Shown: positions 1-9,354 of the stretch, in pieces | Numbering within the stretch: position 1 is the stretch's first letter | Layout: each line of letters starts with the position of its first letter | From: Haloferacaceae archaeon | Lineage (GTDB): Archaea; Halobacteriota; Halobacteria; Halobacteriales; Haloferacaceae | Length of the DNA: 40,090 nucleotides | Direction of reading: 5' to 3' | Assembly: GCA_036625675.1 (NCBI GenBank) | Contig: JAZKTH010000001.1 | Coordinates: 1 to 40,090, forward strand | The notes under the pieces: model-generated | Told to the model about the DNA's origin: nothing | Databases searched by the model: none | Seen by the model: only the letters and a program-made list of their open reading frames with translations | Translations under genes and position numbers: made by a program

Positions 1-59
1 TGGCGGCGCTGATCGTCCTGCCGCCGACGCTTTTCGTGTGGGAGCGCCACTTCGCCTGA
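1..59 (+). CDS. 3' end of a membrane protein, possibly RND/MMPL-family transporter (partial, runs off window)
   Basis: Frame 3 reads AALIVLPPTLFVWERHFA*, with TGA at 57-59. The hydrophobic 'LxVLP...WER' tail resembles the last helix of haloarchaeal MMPL/RND proteins. Only 18 codons are visible. Confidence 0.4.
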   Translation, partial: AALIVLPPTLFVWERHFA

Positions 60-141
60 GACGAGGGAAAAACCGCACCCGGGCGGTCCGTTGCCGGTGG
101 CCGAAAAACCGTTATGAGGCCCCGGAGCGCGAGCCGACTCG

Positions 142-1455
142 TCACCGCTCCGGATGGACCGGCGCGTCGAAGCCGCCCCGAACGAGCGGTTTGGCGACGT
201 GCCTCCGGGCGCACGGCGGGACCTCGTACCAGCCCCGCTCCAGCGCCCGGTCGAGCGGTCGGGTGGCCTTCCGCTCCGCGTGAGTGCCGCAGTCGCGACA
301 CCGGTAGCCCTGCTCCCGCCCGGCGGAGGGCATCGAGCGTCCGCAGTCGGGGCAGGTCGGGTTGACGGGCTCGGTCTCCACGAGTTCCCGGATGGCGAAC
401 TTCTCGAGTTTGAGCGTTCCCTCCGCCAGTTCGCCACAGACCGTGAGGCGGTCGCCCGGGCGAAGCGCACGCACGCGGTCGCGAAAGCGCTTCGTCGGCT
501 CGAACGCCGCACAACGGATCTCCTCGGGGTCGGCCGACCGCCCGGCGTCGGGCTCCGCGAGGTCGAAGAAGACGTGGCCGCCGCGCCGGGTTTCGGGGTC
601 GGTCGCGACGACGCCGTCGACGCAGTAGCCGGCGCCGTCCCGGAGCGAGCCGACCTCGCCCGGTGCGAGGTGGGCGTCGGTCCCCTGGTTGGTCAGGAAC
701 GTCGCCGTCCGTTCGATCGGCTCGGCGTCGATACCGGCGGCGACCGCCCGGCACGCCTCGGGGTCGTCCCCCCGGATCCCGAAGAGGATCGGTCCCGGCG
801 CGCTGGGCACGCAGACCGCCTCGCCTTCGCCCCGGTCGACGGTGTCCCACACCGTCGGATACCCCCGATCGGCGGCGGCGAACACCGAGTCGCGGTCGAC
901 CTCCCGGGGCGTCCCGCACCGGTCGAACTGCCGGTACGCGACGTGTTCGGCGGTCCAGTCGTCGAAGGCGCGCCACGCCCCGATCGCCGCGAGCGCCCCG
1001 ATTCGCCCCCGACCGACGATGCCGCGGTCACCTTCTTTCCCCCCGAACCCGTCGTGGCGCCAGCCGTGGCTTTCGATCAGGTCGAGCGCGTCCGGGAGGT
1101 CGTGAAACTCTCGCATCCCGTCCCGGGCGAACGCGGCGACGTCCGACGGGATTTCCGACGGATCGACGTCGGCCACCACCACGCCGGGCGAGGTGTCCGG
1201 ATCGCCCGAGACCGCCAGCGCGGAGAGTTCCTCGCGGGCCAGGCGCAGGGCCACGTCCGGATCGACGTCGGCGTGCAGCGCCAGGGCGGCGTTCCCCCGC
1301 GTCTTGTGAGGGACCGCGGGGTTGAGGCGGACGAGCAACCGCCGCCGCAGTGCCCCGCCGCGCGACTCGACGCGCTCCCCCAGCCGGGCCGCGAGGTAGG
1401 TCGTGCACATCCCGCGTTCCCGGGAGTCGGTGTCGTCGACGCCGATGACAGTCAC
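142..1455 (-). CDS. tiaS: tRNA(Ile2) 2-agmatinylcytidine synthetase
   Basis: N-terminal IGVDDTDS..GMCTTY and LVRLNPAVPHKTRGNA motifs, TNQGTDAHL, OB-fold region with AAFEPTK, and C-terminal Zn ribbon CPDC...YRCRDC followed by YEVPPCARRH. GTG start. Confidence 0.95.
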   Translation of the reverse strand: MTVIGVDDTDSRERGMCTTYLAARLGERVESRGGALRRRLLVRLNPAVPHKTRGNAALALHADVDPDVALRLAREELSALAVSGDPDTSPGVVVADVDPSEIPSDVAAFARDGMREFHDLPDALDLIESHGWRHDGFGGKEGDRGIVGRGRIGALAAIGAWRAFDDWTAEHVAYRQFDRCGTPREVDRDSVFAAADRGYPTVWDTVDRGEGEAVCVPSAPGPILFGIRGDDPEACRAVAAGIDAEPIERTATFLTNQGTDAHLAPGEVGSLRDGAGYCVDGVVATDPETRRGGHVFFDLAEPDAGRSADPEEIRCAAFEPTKRFRDRVRALRPGDRLTVCGELAEGTLKLEKFAIRELVETEPVNPTCPDCGRSMPSAGREQGYRCRDCGTHAERKATRPLDRALERGWYEVPPCARRHVAKPLVRGGFDAPVHPER

Positions 1456-1569
1456 TGCCGGCGGTTGTCGGCGGAAGGATAAGGGGGTTTCGCGCTTCCG
1501 GCGAGCCCGGAATAGTCTCGGGACGCGTCGGGGGCGGGTCCGGGACCACCCTCGGGCCGCGCGAAGCTA

Positions 1570-1632
1570 CAGTAGTATTGTAGGTACAACACAATACACT
1601 GGGCGAGTTTCGCGACGGTACTTATAACTAAC
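1570..1632. repeat. AT-rich imperfect inverted repeats in the divergent tiaS/regulator intergenic region
   Basis: CAGTAGTATTGT (1570-1581) pairs with ACAATACACTG (1591-1601) with one bulge. GTAGTATTGTAGGTAC (1572-1587) also pairs imperfectly with GTACTTATAACTAAC (1618-1632). Confidence 0.35.
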
Positions 1633-1725
1633 CCCGGACTCAGCGACCAAATCGCCCGACTGCGCATCACCGGAAATCCGTAACTCCCACAACACATATA
1701 TGCGAGAAGTCACTTACCTACCACT

Positions 1726-2697
1726 ATGTCACGGATGGCCCTAGTGGAAAACGTGGTCGCCATGCTCGAGGACGCCGGGTTCCTCGTCAGCGACCGGTGT
1801 GCCGTCCGTCCGAAGAGTTTCGACCTGGCGGCGCGGCGGGGGGAGGATCTCGTCCTCCTGAAGATCCTCGGCAACGTGGACGCGCTGGACGCGGACACCG
1901 GCGAGGAGATGCGGCGGCTCGGGGAGTACCTCGACGCGACCCCGATGCTGCTCGGGCTCCGGACCCGCGACGAGGAACTCAAACCCGGCGTCGTGTACTT
2001 CAGACACGGCGTGCCGGTGATCCACCCCGACACCGCGTACGACCTGTTCGTCGAGGAGGTACCGCCGCTGATCTACGCCGCTCCCGGCGGGCTGTACGTC
2101 AGCATCGACGGCGACGTGCTCGCCGACGAGCGCCAGGAACGCGGCTGGTCCCTCGGGAAGCTCGCCACGGAGCTGGGGGTCTCCCGGCGGACCGTCTCGA
2201 AGTACGAGGACGGGATGAACGCCTCCATCGAGGTCGCCGCCCAGCTCGAGGAGCTGTTCGACGAGCCGTTCTCGAACCCGGTGAACGTGCTCCAGGGGGC
2301 CGAGGAGGTCCGCGAGGCAGAGCCGACGCCCGCCGGGCCGGAGGCCGACCCCGACGACGACCACGTGGTGGCCGTGCTCTCGCGGGCCGGCTTCACCGTC
2401 CACCCGACGGAGCGGGCCCCGTTCAAGGCGGTCGGCGAGGACGTCGCGGAGAAGCGAATGCGCGTGCTGACGGGGCACTCGGAGTTCACCGAGAGCGCCC
2501 GGAAGCGCGCCAGGCTGATGTCCTCGATCGGCCGGGTGACCCGGACGCGGGCGGTGTACTTCACCGAATCCGACGCCCGACAGGAGTCCGTCGACGGGAC
2601 GGCGCTTGTCTCCTGTGAGGAGCTCGCGCAGATGGACGACCCCGACGAGATCCGGGACGTCATCCGGGAACGGGCGACCGAGCACGGCGAAGCCTGA
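1726..2697 (+). CDS. Archaeal Cro/C1-type HTH transcriptional regulator with nuclease-like N-terminal domain (COG1395-like)
   Basis: [21 protein letters not shown]-terminus, [12 protein letters not shown], and XRE HTH '[24 protein letters not shown]'. CATATAT TATA-like element ~28 bp upstream. Confidence 0.9.
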   Translation: MSRMALVENVVAMLEDAGFLVSDRCAVRPKSFDLAARRGEDLVLLKILGNVDALDADTGEEMRRLGEYLDATPMLLGLRTRDEELKPGVVYFRHGVPVIHPDTAYDLFVEEVPPLIYAAPGGLYVSIDGDVLADERQERGWSLGKLATELGVSRRTVSKYEDGMNASIEVAAQLEELFDEPFSNPVNVLQGAEEVREAEPTPAGPEADPDDDHVVAVLSRAGFTVHPTERAPFKAVGEDVAEKRMRVLTGHSEFTESARKRARLMSSIGRVTRTRAVYFTESDARQESVDGTALVSCEELAQMDDPDEIRDVIRERATEHGEA

Positions 2698-2872
2698 CGG
2701 GGGTCGTGGAGCCCGGGAGCCCCTGTCCGCCCGCTTTGTCGGTCGCGAACCGATTGCGTCCGCGACCGCCGATTTCGGCCGGACGGCGGTTTGACGTCCG
2801 AGGGGAGCCCTGACAGGTCAGGACCTCTGGTTATCTGTATGTGGCTCGTTAACGCATACGAGGTAATAAACA

Positions 2873-3394
2873 ATGTTTGACCCACAACGACGGAAGGCAC
2901 TCAAGACGGTCGGGACCGCGGGCGTGCTGTTCGCACTCGGCGGCGTCGGAAGCGCGAGCGCGAGAAAGGGAAAACGCCAGGGGGCAAGCGGCGACGACAC
3001 GATCGTCGACGTCGCGGTCGAAGCCGACGATTTCGACGTGCTGGTGGAAGCGGTACAGGAAGCCGGGCTGGTGGACGCGCTGAGCGGAAACCGTCAGCTG
3101 ACCGTGTTCGCGCCGACCGACGAGGCGTTCGGGGAACTCCTCGACACACTCGGTATCAGCAAGGAGGAATTGCTGGCGAGCGACGACCTCGCGAACATAC
3201 TGCTGTACCACGTCACCTCGGGCCGACGGTACGCGTCCTCGGTGGTGAACGCCCCGACGGTGGAGATGCTGAACGGCGAGACGGTCGCCGTCGACGGGAC
3301 CACGTTGAACGACGGGCAAGCCGAAATCGTCGGTACCGACCTCGAAGCCTCGAACGGCGTCGTACACGTCATCGACGGCGTGTTGCTGCCGTAG
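2873..3394 (+). CDS. Tat-exported fasciclin (FAS1) domain protein
   Basis: Twin-arginine signal PQRRKAL, hydrophobic stretch and ASA cleavage site. FAS1 motifs LTVFAPTDEAF, ILLYHV and ASNGVVHVIDGVLLP. Confidence 0.92.
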   Translation: MFDPQRRKALKTVGTAGVLFALGGVGSASARKGKRQGASGDDTIVDVAVEADDFDVLVEAVQEAGLVDALSGNRQLTVFAPTDEAFGELLDTLGISKEELLASDDLANILLYHVTSGRRYASSVVNAPTVEMLNGETVAVDGTTLNDGQAEIVGTDLEASNGVVHVIDGVLLP

Positions 3395-3470
3395 GCTCCC
3401 TCGGGTCGGAGACTGGTGGGTGGTGTGCAGAGGAGGCGGACGAAAACTCGGCTACTTTTATACGTGCCTC

Positions 3471-3589
3471 GAAAGCCCCGAGCGGCTACGCTCCCGCGAC
3501 TCGCTGCGCTCCTCGTCAGTCGCTCGCGATGCTCGCTCCCTCCTGCGGTGCTTGCGTCGTCGGGGGTCGCGTAGCCGCTCGCCCCTTTC
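3471..3589. repeat. ~120-bp palindromic intergenic element (haloarchaeal REP/PATE-like)
   Basis: GAAAG...CTTTC outer arms and a perfect 12-bp stem GAGCGGCTACGC (3480-3491)/GCGTAGCCGCTC (3569-3580). Inner TCGCTC..TCGCTCC motif. Lies between convergent genes. Confidence 0.75.
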
Positions 3590-3690
3590 AATCCCGCCCG
3601 GCAGGCGGCGTGCGGGATATATAAAAGGTGACGGCTTCGCCGCCACGCATGCTGTGGGCCTGGAGACGAGCGCGTGACGACGGTTGTAGA

Positions 3691-3750
3691 CCGGTACCGG
3701 ACGATCGTTGGAGGCCGGTACCGGACGATCGTTGGAGGCCGGTACCGGAC
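3691..3750. repeat. 24-bp tandem repeat (~2.5 copies)
   Basis: CCGGTACCGGACGATCGTTGGAGG at 3691 and 3715, partial third copy at 3739. Confidence 0.9.
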
Positions 3751-3848
3751 GGCCCGCCACACGCCGGAATCCCTGCGCGCCATGGGGCCGGAGCCCCGCC
3801 CCGGGATCACCGAAAGCACCGACGGGAGAGACGCCGTCCGTTCTCGAG

Positions 3849-5030
3849 TCAGGTCTTCAGCCCGCTTCCGGTCAGCGGCACGACCACGTCGTCGTCGGGG
3901 TCGACGACCCCCCGCCGTCGGTACTCCCGAAGCGCCGCGGGCGCGACCGCGCACGTGGGCTCGGTGTAAAAGCCGGCGGCGTGGAGCCGGTCGAGTTCAC
4001 GCCGGGTCGCCCCCCGGGAGATCGCGATCGCGTCGCCGTCCGTCCGGTCGATCGCCTGGAGGATCCGATCCAGCTGCACCGGCTCGGCGATCTGAATGCC
4101 GTCGGCGGCGTCGTTCCGGTCGCCGTCGGCCGGCTCGGCGGCGGCCTCCCCGTGGAGCCGCCGGACGACCGGCGCGACGCCGGCCGCCTGCGCCCCGAGC
4201 AGCCGGGGCGTCCGGTCGATCCAGCCCGCGGCCTCGAGCCGTTCGAAGCCCAGATACGCCCCCAGGAACAGCGTCCCGTGACCGAGGGGAGTGACGACGG
4301 CGTCGGGGACTTCCCAGCCGCGCTGGAGGGCGATCTCGTAGGCGATCGTCGCCGTCCCGGCGAAGAAGGCGGGGTTGTACGCGTGGCTGGCGTACCAGGC
4401 GTCGCCCGTCTCCACCGCCTCGACGCACGCGTCGGTGACGTCGCTCCGCTCCCCCTCCACGCGGATCGGTTTCGCCCCGGCGCGCTCGATCGCCCGGAGC
4501 TTCGACTCCTTGACGCCGGCGGGCACGTAGATCTCGGCGTCGATCCCCGCCCGGGCGGCGTACGTCGCGATCGCGGCGCCGGCGTTGCCCGAGGAGTCCT
4601 CGACGACGCGGTCGACCCCCAGTTCCCGCGCCCGGGTCAGGGTCGTCGTCGCGCCGCGGTCCTTGAACGAGCCGGTCGGGAACACGTACTCGAGTTTGAA
4701 GGCGGCGTCCCACGCGGGGTGGTCCGCGCCCTGCCGGGAGTGGCCGTCGGCGTCGACCAGCGGCGTCAGCCCCTCGCCGAGGGTGACCCGGTCGGCGGGG
4801 TCGTCGCCGACCGGGAGCAGGTCGGCGAAGCTCCACAGCCCCCCGCGGGCGTCGAACGCGGCGGGGTCGGGCGGCGAGGCGGGGAGCTCGGCCGCGATGG
4901 ACGCGTCGGCGAACCGAAGCGGCGACCCGCAGGTACACCGCCAGCGGTCCGGGTAGCGTCCCCCACACTCGGGGCAGACGAGCGGTCTCGGGGTCGACTC
5001 GCCGGCTCCCCGCGTCGGTTCCCCCGTCAT
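3849..5030 (-). CDS. thrC: Threonine synthase-like PLP-dependent enzyme (fold type II) with N-terminal Zn ribbon
   Basis: True start MTGEPT at 5030 (TGATG overlap with upstream gene). CPEC..WRCTCG, VTLGEGLTPL, FKLEYVFPTGSFKDRG (PLP lysine), EDSSGNAG, EPTCAVA and VVVPLTGSGLK. Confidence 0.85.
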   Translation of the reverse strand: MTGEPTRGAGESTPRPLVCPECGGRYPDRWRCTCGSPLRFADASIAAELPASPPDPAAFDARGGLWSFADLLPVGDDPADRVTLGEGLTPLVDADGHSRQGADHPAWDAAFKLEYVFPTGSFKDRGATTTLTRARELGVDRVVEDSSGNAGAAIATYAARAGIDAEIYVPAGVKESKLRAIERAGAKPIRVEGERSDVTDACVEAVETGDAWYASHAYNPAFFAGTATIAYEIALQRGWEVPDAVVTPLGHGTLFLGAYLGFERLEAAGWIDRTPRLLGAQAAGVAPVVRRLHGEAAAEPADGDRNDAADGIQIAEPVQLDRILQAIDRTDGDAIAISRGATRRELDRLHAAGFYTEPTCAVAPAALREYRRRGVVDPDDDVVVPLTGSGLKT

Positions 5031-5989
5031 CAGTACTCGTCGACGCTGGTGCCGATCGAGCAGACGTACTCCCCGGTCGCGACCTGCGGGAGTCGCCGGC
5101 TCCGCCAGAAGATTCCGTCGCTGTCGGCGGTCACGCGCTCCTTCTCCCGGCCGAACGGGTCGGTCACCCGGAACAGCACGTCCCCTGCGCTCACCCGGTC
5201 GCCGAGTTCGCGCCGGAAGTGAACGAGCCCGCCGACGGGCGAGCCGTACTGGTCGAAGCTCCTGGCGCGGGTCTGCGGCTCGGTGGAGGCCTCCCCGTCG
5301 AGGAACCCGTAGTAGCGCAACACGTTGAACGTCCCCTCCACGCCCTTCCGGATGGAGTGCTCGTCCCAGCCGACGCTCCCCCCGAGTTCGGGATCGATCG
5401 TCGGGATCCCCTCGTCGGGGGCGACCCGGGCGAGCTGTCCGTCGGGTCCCTTCTGGTCGAACACGTGGCCGCAGCCGAACACCTTCGCCAGGCGGAGGCA
5501 GTCGGAGTGCAGGCGGTGGCGCCGACCGCACCGGACGCGGACCTCGTTTATCATCCGGCTCGTCGAGCCCTGATGGAGGTCGACGGCGAGGTCGGCGCGG
5601 GTGGCGGCCTCGAACGTCGCGGCGGCGATGCGCTCGCTGGTCGAGCCGTTCTCGTCGCCCGGATACGCCCGGTTCATCTTCGTGTCGTCGATCGGGTTGC
5701 GGTGCTGGGCCACCCGGAACGCGTGGTGGTTGACGATCCCGACGACGAGAAGCGTCCCCGAGAGCTCCGCGGGATCGAGCCGGGGGACGACGCGAGTGAG
5801 AACGCCGAGCCCGTTGAGTTCGTCGCCGTCGCTCACTGCCTGGAGGTACAGCGTCTTCCCGTCCGAGGCGCCGTTCACGACGCAGACCGGGAGACCGATC
5901 GGCGTTCCGTCCCGCGCTTCGCCGACCTCGAGGCGGCCGGTGTCGAGTTCGCCGGGTGCCGCGCTCGCGGTACCGAGGCTGATCGTCAT
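5030..5989 (-). CDS. Succinylglutamate desuccinylase/aspartoacylase (AstE/AspA, M14) family protein
   Basis: SDGDELNG, MNRAYPG, AVDLHQG and PTIDPELGG motifs, with a C-terminal biotinyl-like SPVGG...GDRV segment. Confidence 0.9.
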   Translation of the reverse strand: MTISLGTASAAPGELDTGRLEVGEARDGTPIGLPVCVVNGASDGKTLYLQAVSDGDELNGLGVLTRVVPRLDPAELSGTLLVVGIVNHHAFRVAQHRNPIDDTKMNRAYPGDENGSTSERIAAATFEAATRADLAVDLHQGSTSRMINEVRVRCGRRHRLHSDCLRLAKVFGCGHVFDQKGPDGQLARVAPDEGIPTIDPELGGSVGWDEHSIRKGVEGTFNVLRYYGFLDGEASTEPQTRARSFDQYGSPVGGLVHFRRELGDRVSAGDVLFRVTDPFGREKERVTADSDGIFWRSRRLPQVATGEYVCSIGTSVDEY

Positions 5990-6056
5990 CGTTCGAAGGA
6001 CGGAGCCGATCGCCTTTATCGGTTCGATCCGCGGCCGGAATCGCCCGACCCAACTA

Positions 6057-6064
6057 TTATATAA
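6057..6064 (+). promoter_or_regulatory. Archaeal TATA box for the 6087 gene
   Basis: TTATATAA 23-30 bp upstream of ATG 6087, the spacing expected for a leaderless haloarchaeal transcript. Confidence 0.6.
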
Positions 6065-6086
6065 GTTGTCAGACTACTTCGAACGA

Positions 6087-6752
6087 ATGCCCACCCCCGA
6101 TCCGGGGCGCCGTTCCGACGGCCCCGAGGAGCTCTCCCGGAGGCTCCAGCAGCTGAAGCGCGACGGCTGTAACCTGCTGGTGACGAGGAGCTCCGGGGGC
6201 CCCGCAGTCGACCGGACGACCGCCCGGCTGTTCGGTTCCCCCAGAAAAGAGCGGGACCGGATACTCGTGGTGGTCCGGGACGCCGCCGGAGCGCTGTCGG
6301 CGAAGTTTCCCCCCGGCGTCTCGATACGCGACGACCGGACGCACCTGATCGACTACCGGGAGGCGTTCGGCGACGGCGGGCCGCCGACGGGCGGCGGGGA
6401 CCCGCTGTCCCGGCTCCGCACCGACGTCGAGAACCGGCTTGCCGCGTGTCTCTCGGGACGAGATCCCGAGCCCGCCGAGATCAGGCTCGGGGTCGACTCG
6501 CTCGGACCGTTGCTCGAAGGCTGCCCCGAAAGCGAAGTGTCGGCGTTCGTCACGGCCGTGACGACGGCGGTCCGGGAGGCCAGGGGGATGGGACACTTCC
6601 ACGTGGACATGCCCGACGAGCGCGCCCGGGAACTCCCCTTAGCGTCGGCGTTCGACGCCCGGCTCGAACTGAGACAGATCGAGGCCCGCCCCGCCAGACA
6701 GCGGTTCCACCTCCCCGACGTCGGGACCGGCCCCTGGATGCGAATACGGTGA
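6087..6752 (+). CDS. Haloarchaeal degenerate RecA/KaiC-like protein (DUF7504-like)
   Basis: LQQLKRDGCNLLV, EIRLGVDSLGPLLE, RGMGHFHV, FDARLELR and C-terminal 'W' match this haloarchaeal family. Start re-assigned to ATG 6087 within ORF 5601..6752. Confidence 0.75.
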   Translation: MPTPDPGRRSDGPEELSRRLQQLKRDGCNLLVTRSSGGPAVDRTTARLFGSPRKERDRILVVVRDAAGALSAKFPPGVSIRDDRTHLIDYREAFGDGGPPTGGGDPLSRLRTDVENRLAACLSGRDPEPAEIRLGVDSLGPLLEGCPESEVSAFVTAVTTAVREARGMGHFHVDMPDERARELPLASAFDARLELRQIEARPARQRFHLPDVGTGPWMRIR

Positions 6753-8134
6753 CGGGGAAAAAGCCGAACGGCGACCGCGAGGCCGACCGGATCGATCCGT
6801 TCGACGGCTTCCGGCAGTTCCTCGCGCTCGAGCCGGACGTGCTGGTGCTGTCGCTGGCGATGTTCGCGTTCAGCCTCGGGTTCCAGATGACGAGCAGGTA
6901 CGTTCCCGAGTACATGACCGCGCTGGGTGCGAGCGCGTTCGTCGTCGGGCTGTTCGGGACGTTCGGGAACGTGATCGGCGCCGCCTACCCGTACCCGGGT
7001 GGGGCGATCTCCGACCGGATCGGCTCCAGACACGCGCTCACGATCTTCGGTGCGGTCTCCACGCTCGGGTTCCTCGTGTGGCTGCTTGCCCCGATGGCCG
7101 CCGACGTCCCCGTCGCCGGGATCGGAAACCTCGCGATCCTGCTGGTCTTTTTCGGGCTGCTCCTCTCGCAGGCGTGGAAGTCGTTCGGGCTGGGCGCGAC
7201 GTTCGCCATCGTGAAGCAAAGCGTGCCGCCGGCGAGGCTGGCGGCGGGGTTCGCGAGCACCGAGACGTTCCGACGGACCGCGTTCCTCGTGGGACCCCTG
7301 CTCGCGGCGGCGGTGTTCTTCCCGTTCGGCAGCGCCGACGCGGAGGTCGTGACCGCCTTCCAGGGAGTGCTCGTGATCGCGGTCGTCTTCGGCGTGCTCG
7401 GGACCGCCGCCCAGCACTTCCTGTACGACTCGACGGGGGACAGCTTCGGGAAGTCGTTCGAGGGGCTCGCCCAGGTCGTCGACGACCTCCGGACCCTCCC
7501 CCCGGAGCTGCGTCCTCTGCTCGTGGGCGACACGCTCGTCCGGTTCGCCAACGGGATGGTGTACGTCTTCTTCGTCATCGTCGTCACCCGGTTTCTCGAG
7601 GTCGGACTCGAAGTCACCGTACCCGGGATCGGCGACCTCGCCTTCAGCCCGCAGTCGTACTTCGGGCTCCTGCTGGGCGCCGAGATGGTCGTCGCGCTGC
7701 TGGTGATGGTCCCGGCGGCGAAGGCCGCCGAGCGCGTTGGACTGAAGCCGGTCGTGGCCGCGGGGTTCGCCGTCTACGCCCTGTTCCCGGTGCTTCTCAT
7801 CAACGCCCCCCCGAGCGCGGCCGTCCTCGCCGCGCTGTTCGCCTTCTCCGGGCTGCGGTTCGCCGGGCTCCCCGCCCACAAGGCGCTGATCGTCGGTCCG
7901 GCGGAGGCGGGCGCCGGCGGACGGGTCACCGGCACCTACTACCTGCTCCGTAACCTCGTCGTGATCCCCAGTTCGGCGCTGGGCGGGGCGATCTACGGCG
8001 GCGTCTCGCTGCCGGGCGTGGGGGAGCTGTACGCCGGCAGCCCGACCCTTGCGTTCGGGATCGCGAGCGCGGTCGGCCTGGCGGGAACCGGGTACTTCCT
8101 AGCGTTCGGCGAGGAGTTCGACGCGTACGCCTGA
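6749..8134 (+). CDS. MFS transporter
   Basis: About 12 hydrophobic segments, motif A GGAISDRIGSR and second-half AAERVGLKP. GTG start overlaps the upstream stop (GTGA). Confidence 0.92.
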   Translation: MTGKKPNGDREADRIDPFDGFRQFLALEPDVLVLSLAMFAFSLGFQMTSRYVPEYMTALGASAFVVGLFGTFGNVIGAAYPYPGGAISDRIGSRHALTIFGAVSTLGFLVWLLAPMAADVPVAGIGNLAILLVFFGLLLSQAWKSFGLGATFAIVKQSVPPARLAAGFASTETFRRTAFLVGPLLAAAVFFPFGSADAEVVTAFQGVLVIAVVFGVLGTAAQHFLYDSTGDSFGKSFEGLAQVVDDLRTLPPELRPLLVGDTLVRFANGMVYVFFVIVVTRFLEVGLEVTVPGIGDLAFSPQSYFGLLLGAEMVVALLVMVPAAKAAERVGLKPVVAAGFAVYALFPVLLINAPPSAAVLAALFAFSGLRFAGLPAHKALIVGPAEAGAGGRVTGTYYLLRNLVVIPSSALGGAIYGGVSLPGVGELYAGSPTLAFGIASAVGLAGTGYFLAFGEEFDAYA

Positions 8135-8214
8135 TCCCTCGCCGACCGACGGAACCCGGCCCCCGCGATCGGATACCGCATCATATATGCGCCAGCCGGT
8201 CGAGCCTTCCGTCG

Positions 8215-9246
8215 ATGATCGATCTCCGTTCGGACACCGTCACGAAGCCCTCGGACCGGATGCGCGAGGCCGCCCGGAAGGCCGACGTCGGCGACGACGT
8301 CTACCGGGACGACCCGACGGTCAACGAGCTCGAAGCACGCGCCGCGGAGCTTGTGGGGATGGAGGCGGCGCTTTTCGTCCCCTCGGGAACGATGGGCAAC
8401 CAGGTCGCGATCCGGACGCACACGGAGCGCGGCCAGGAACTCCTGCTCGAGGCCGAGTCCCACGTTCAACGGTGGGAGGTGGCCGGCGCGGCGCAGCTGT
8501 CCTCGGTGCAAACGCGGCTCGTCGACGCCGGCGAGCGCGCGGTACCGACGGCACAGCAGGTCCACGAGGCGTACGTCGAGGAGAGCCTCCACCGGCCGGG
8601 CACCGGGCTGCTGGGGCTCGAGAACACCCACAACTACCGCGGCGGGGTCGCGGTGCCGAAGGACCGAATCGACGCCGCCGCCGAGGCCGCCCACGACCAC
8701 GGCGTTCCCGTCCACCTCGACGGTGCGCGGCTGTTCAACGCGAGCGTGGCGCTGGACACGCCCGCCGACGAGCTCGTCGAGAGCGTCGACTCGGTGATGT
8801 TCTGTCTCTCGAAGGGGTTGGGGGCCCCAATCGGGTCGATGCTGGCCGGTTCCGAGGAGTTCATCGAGGGGGCGCGGCGCAACCGCAAGCTGTTCGGCGG
8901 GGGCATGCGCCAGGCCGGGATCGTGGCCGCCCCGGGGCTGGTCGCGCTGGAGAACGTCGACCGGCTTGCGACGGACCACGAGAACGCCCGCCGACTCGCG
9001 GCAGGAATCGACGAGATCGACGGCCTCCGGGCCCCCGAGCCCGACACCAACATCGTCGTCGTCGACTCCGGCGAACTCGGGGTCACCGCCGAGGAGTTCG
9101 TGGCGGCGTGCGCGGAACGGGACGTCGCGTTCAACGCGTTCGACGAGTACGTGGCCCGGCTGTGCACCCACCTCGACGTCTCCAGCGAGGAGGTAGCGGC
9201 GGCGATCGACCGGATCGAGGCGGTCGCGGAATCGTTCCGCGGGTAG
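8215..9246 (+). CDS. ltaE: Low-specificity L-threonine aldolase
   Basis: MIDLRSDTVT, GDDVYRDDPTV, FVPSGTMGN, LENTHN, HLDGARLFNA, CLSKGLGAPIGS (PLP Lys) and GGGMRQAG. Confidence 0.95.
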   Translation: MIDLRSDTVTKPSDRMREAARKADVGDDVYRDDPTVNELEARAAELVGMEAALFVPSGTMGNQVAIRTHTERGQELLLEAESHVQRWEVAGAAQLSSVQTRLVDAGERAVPTAQQVHEAYVEESLHRPGTGLLGLENTHNYRGGVAVPKDRIDAAAEAAHDHGVPVHLDGARLFNASVALDTPADELVESVDSVMFCLSKGLGAPIGSMLAGSEEFIEGARRNRKLFGGGMRQAGIVAAPGLVALENVDRLATDHENARRLAAGIDEIDGLRAPEPDTNIVVVDSGELGVTAEEFVAACAERDVAFNAFDEYVARLCTHLDVSSEEVAAAIDRIEAVAESFRG

Positions 9247-9272
9247 CCGGGAGGAGCCCCGGGAGCCCATTC

Positions 9273-9354
9273 ATCCTGTTTGTTGTAGACGGTTACCGGT
9301 CGACCGCCACGCCATCGGGCGGTCGACACGGTTACTTCCTACAACAAACAGGAT
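9273..9354. mobile_element. 82-bp MITE-like palindromic element, copy 1
   Basis: Perfect 16-bp terminal inverted repeats ATCCTGTTTGTTGTAG (9273-9288)/CTACAACAAACAGGAT (9339-9354). Inner stem GTCGACCGCC/GGCGGTCGAC. A second copy lies at 22332-22413. Confidence 0.75.

Noticed and set aside
3691-3750. Possible mini-CRISPR (palindromic CCGGTACCGG repeats)
   Set aside because: The intervening sequences are identical 14-mers, so this is a tandem repeat with no unique spacers. No cas genes are in the window.
3849-6053. 734-aa ThrC fusion ORF
   Set aside because: The N-terminal extension is an out-of-frame read of the AstE gene. The real start is ATG 5030, overlapping the AstE stop.
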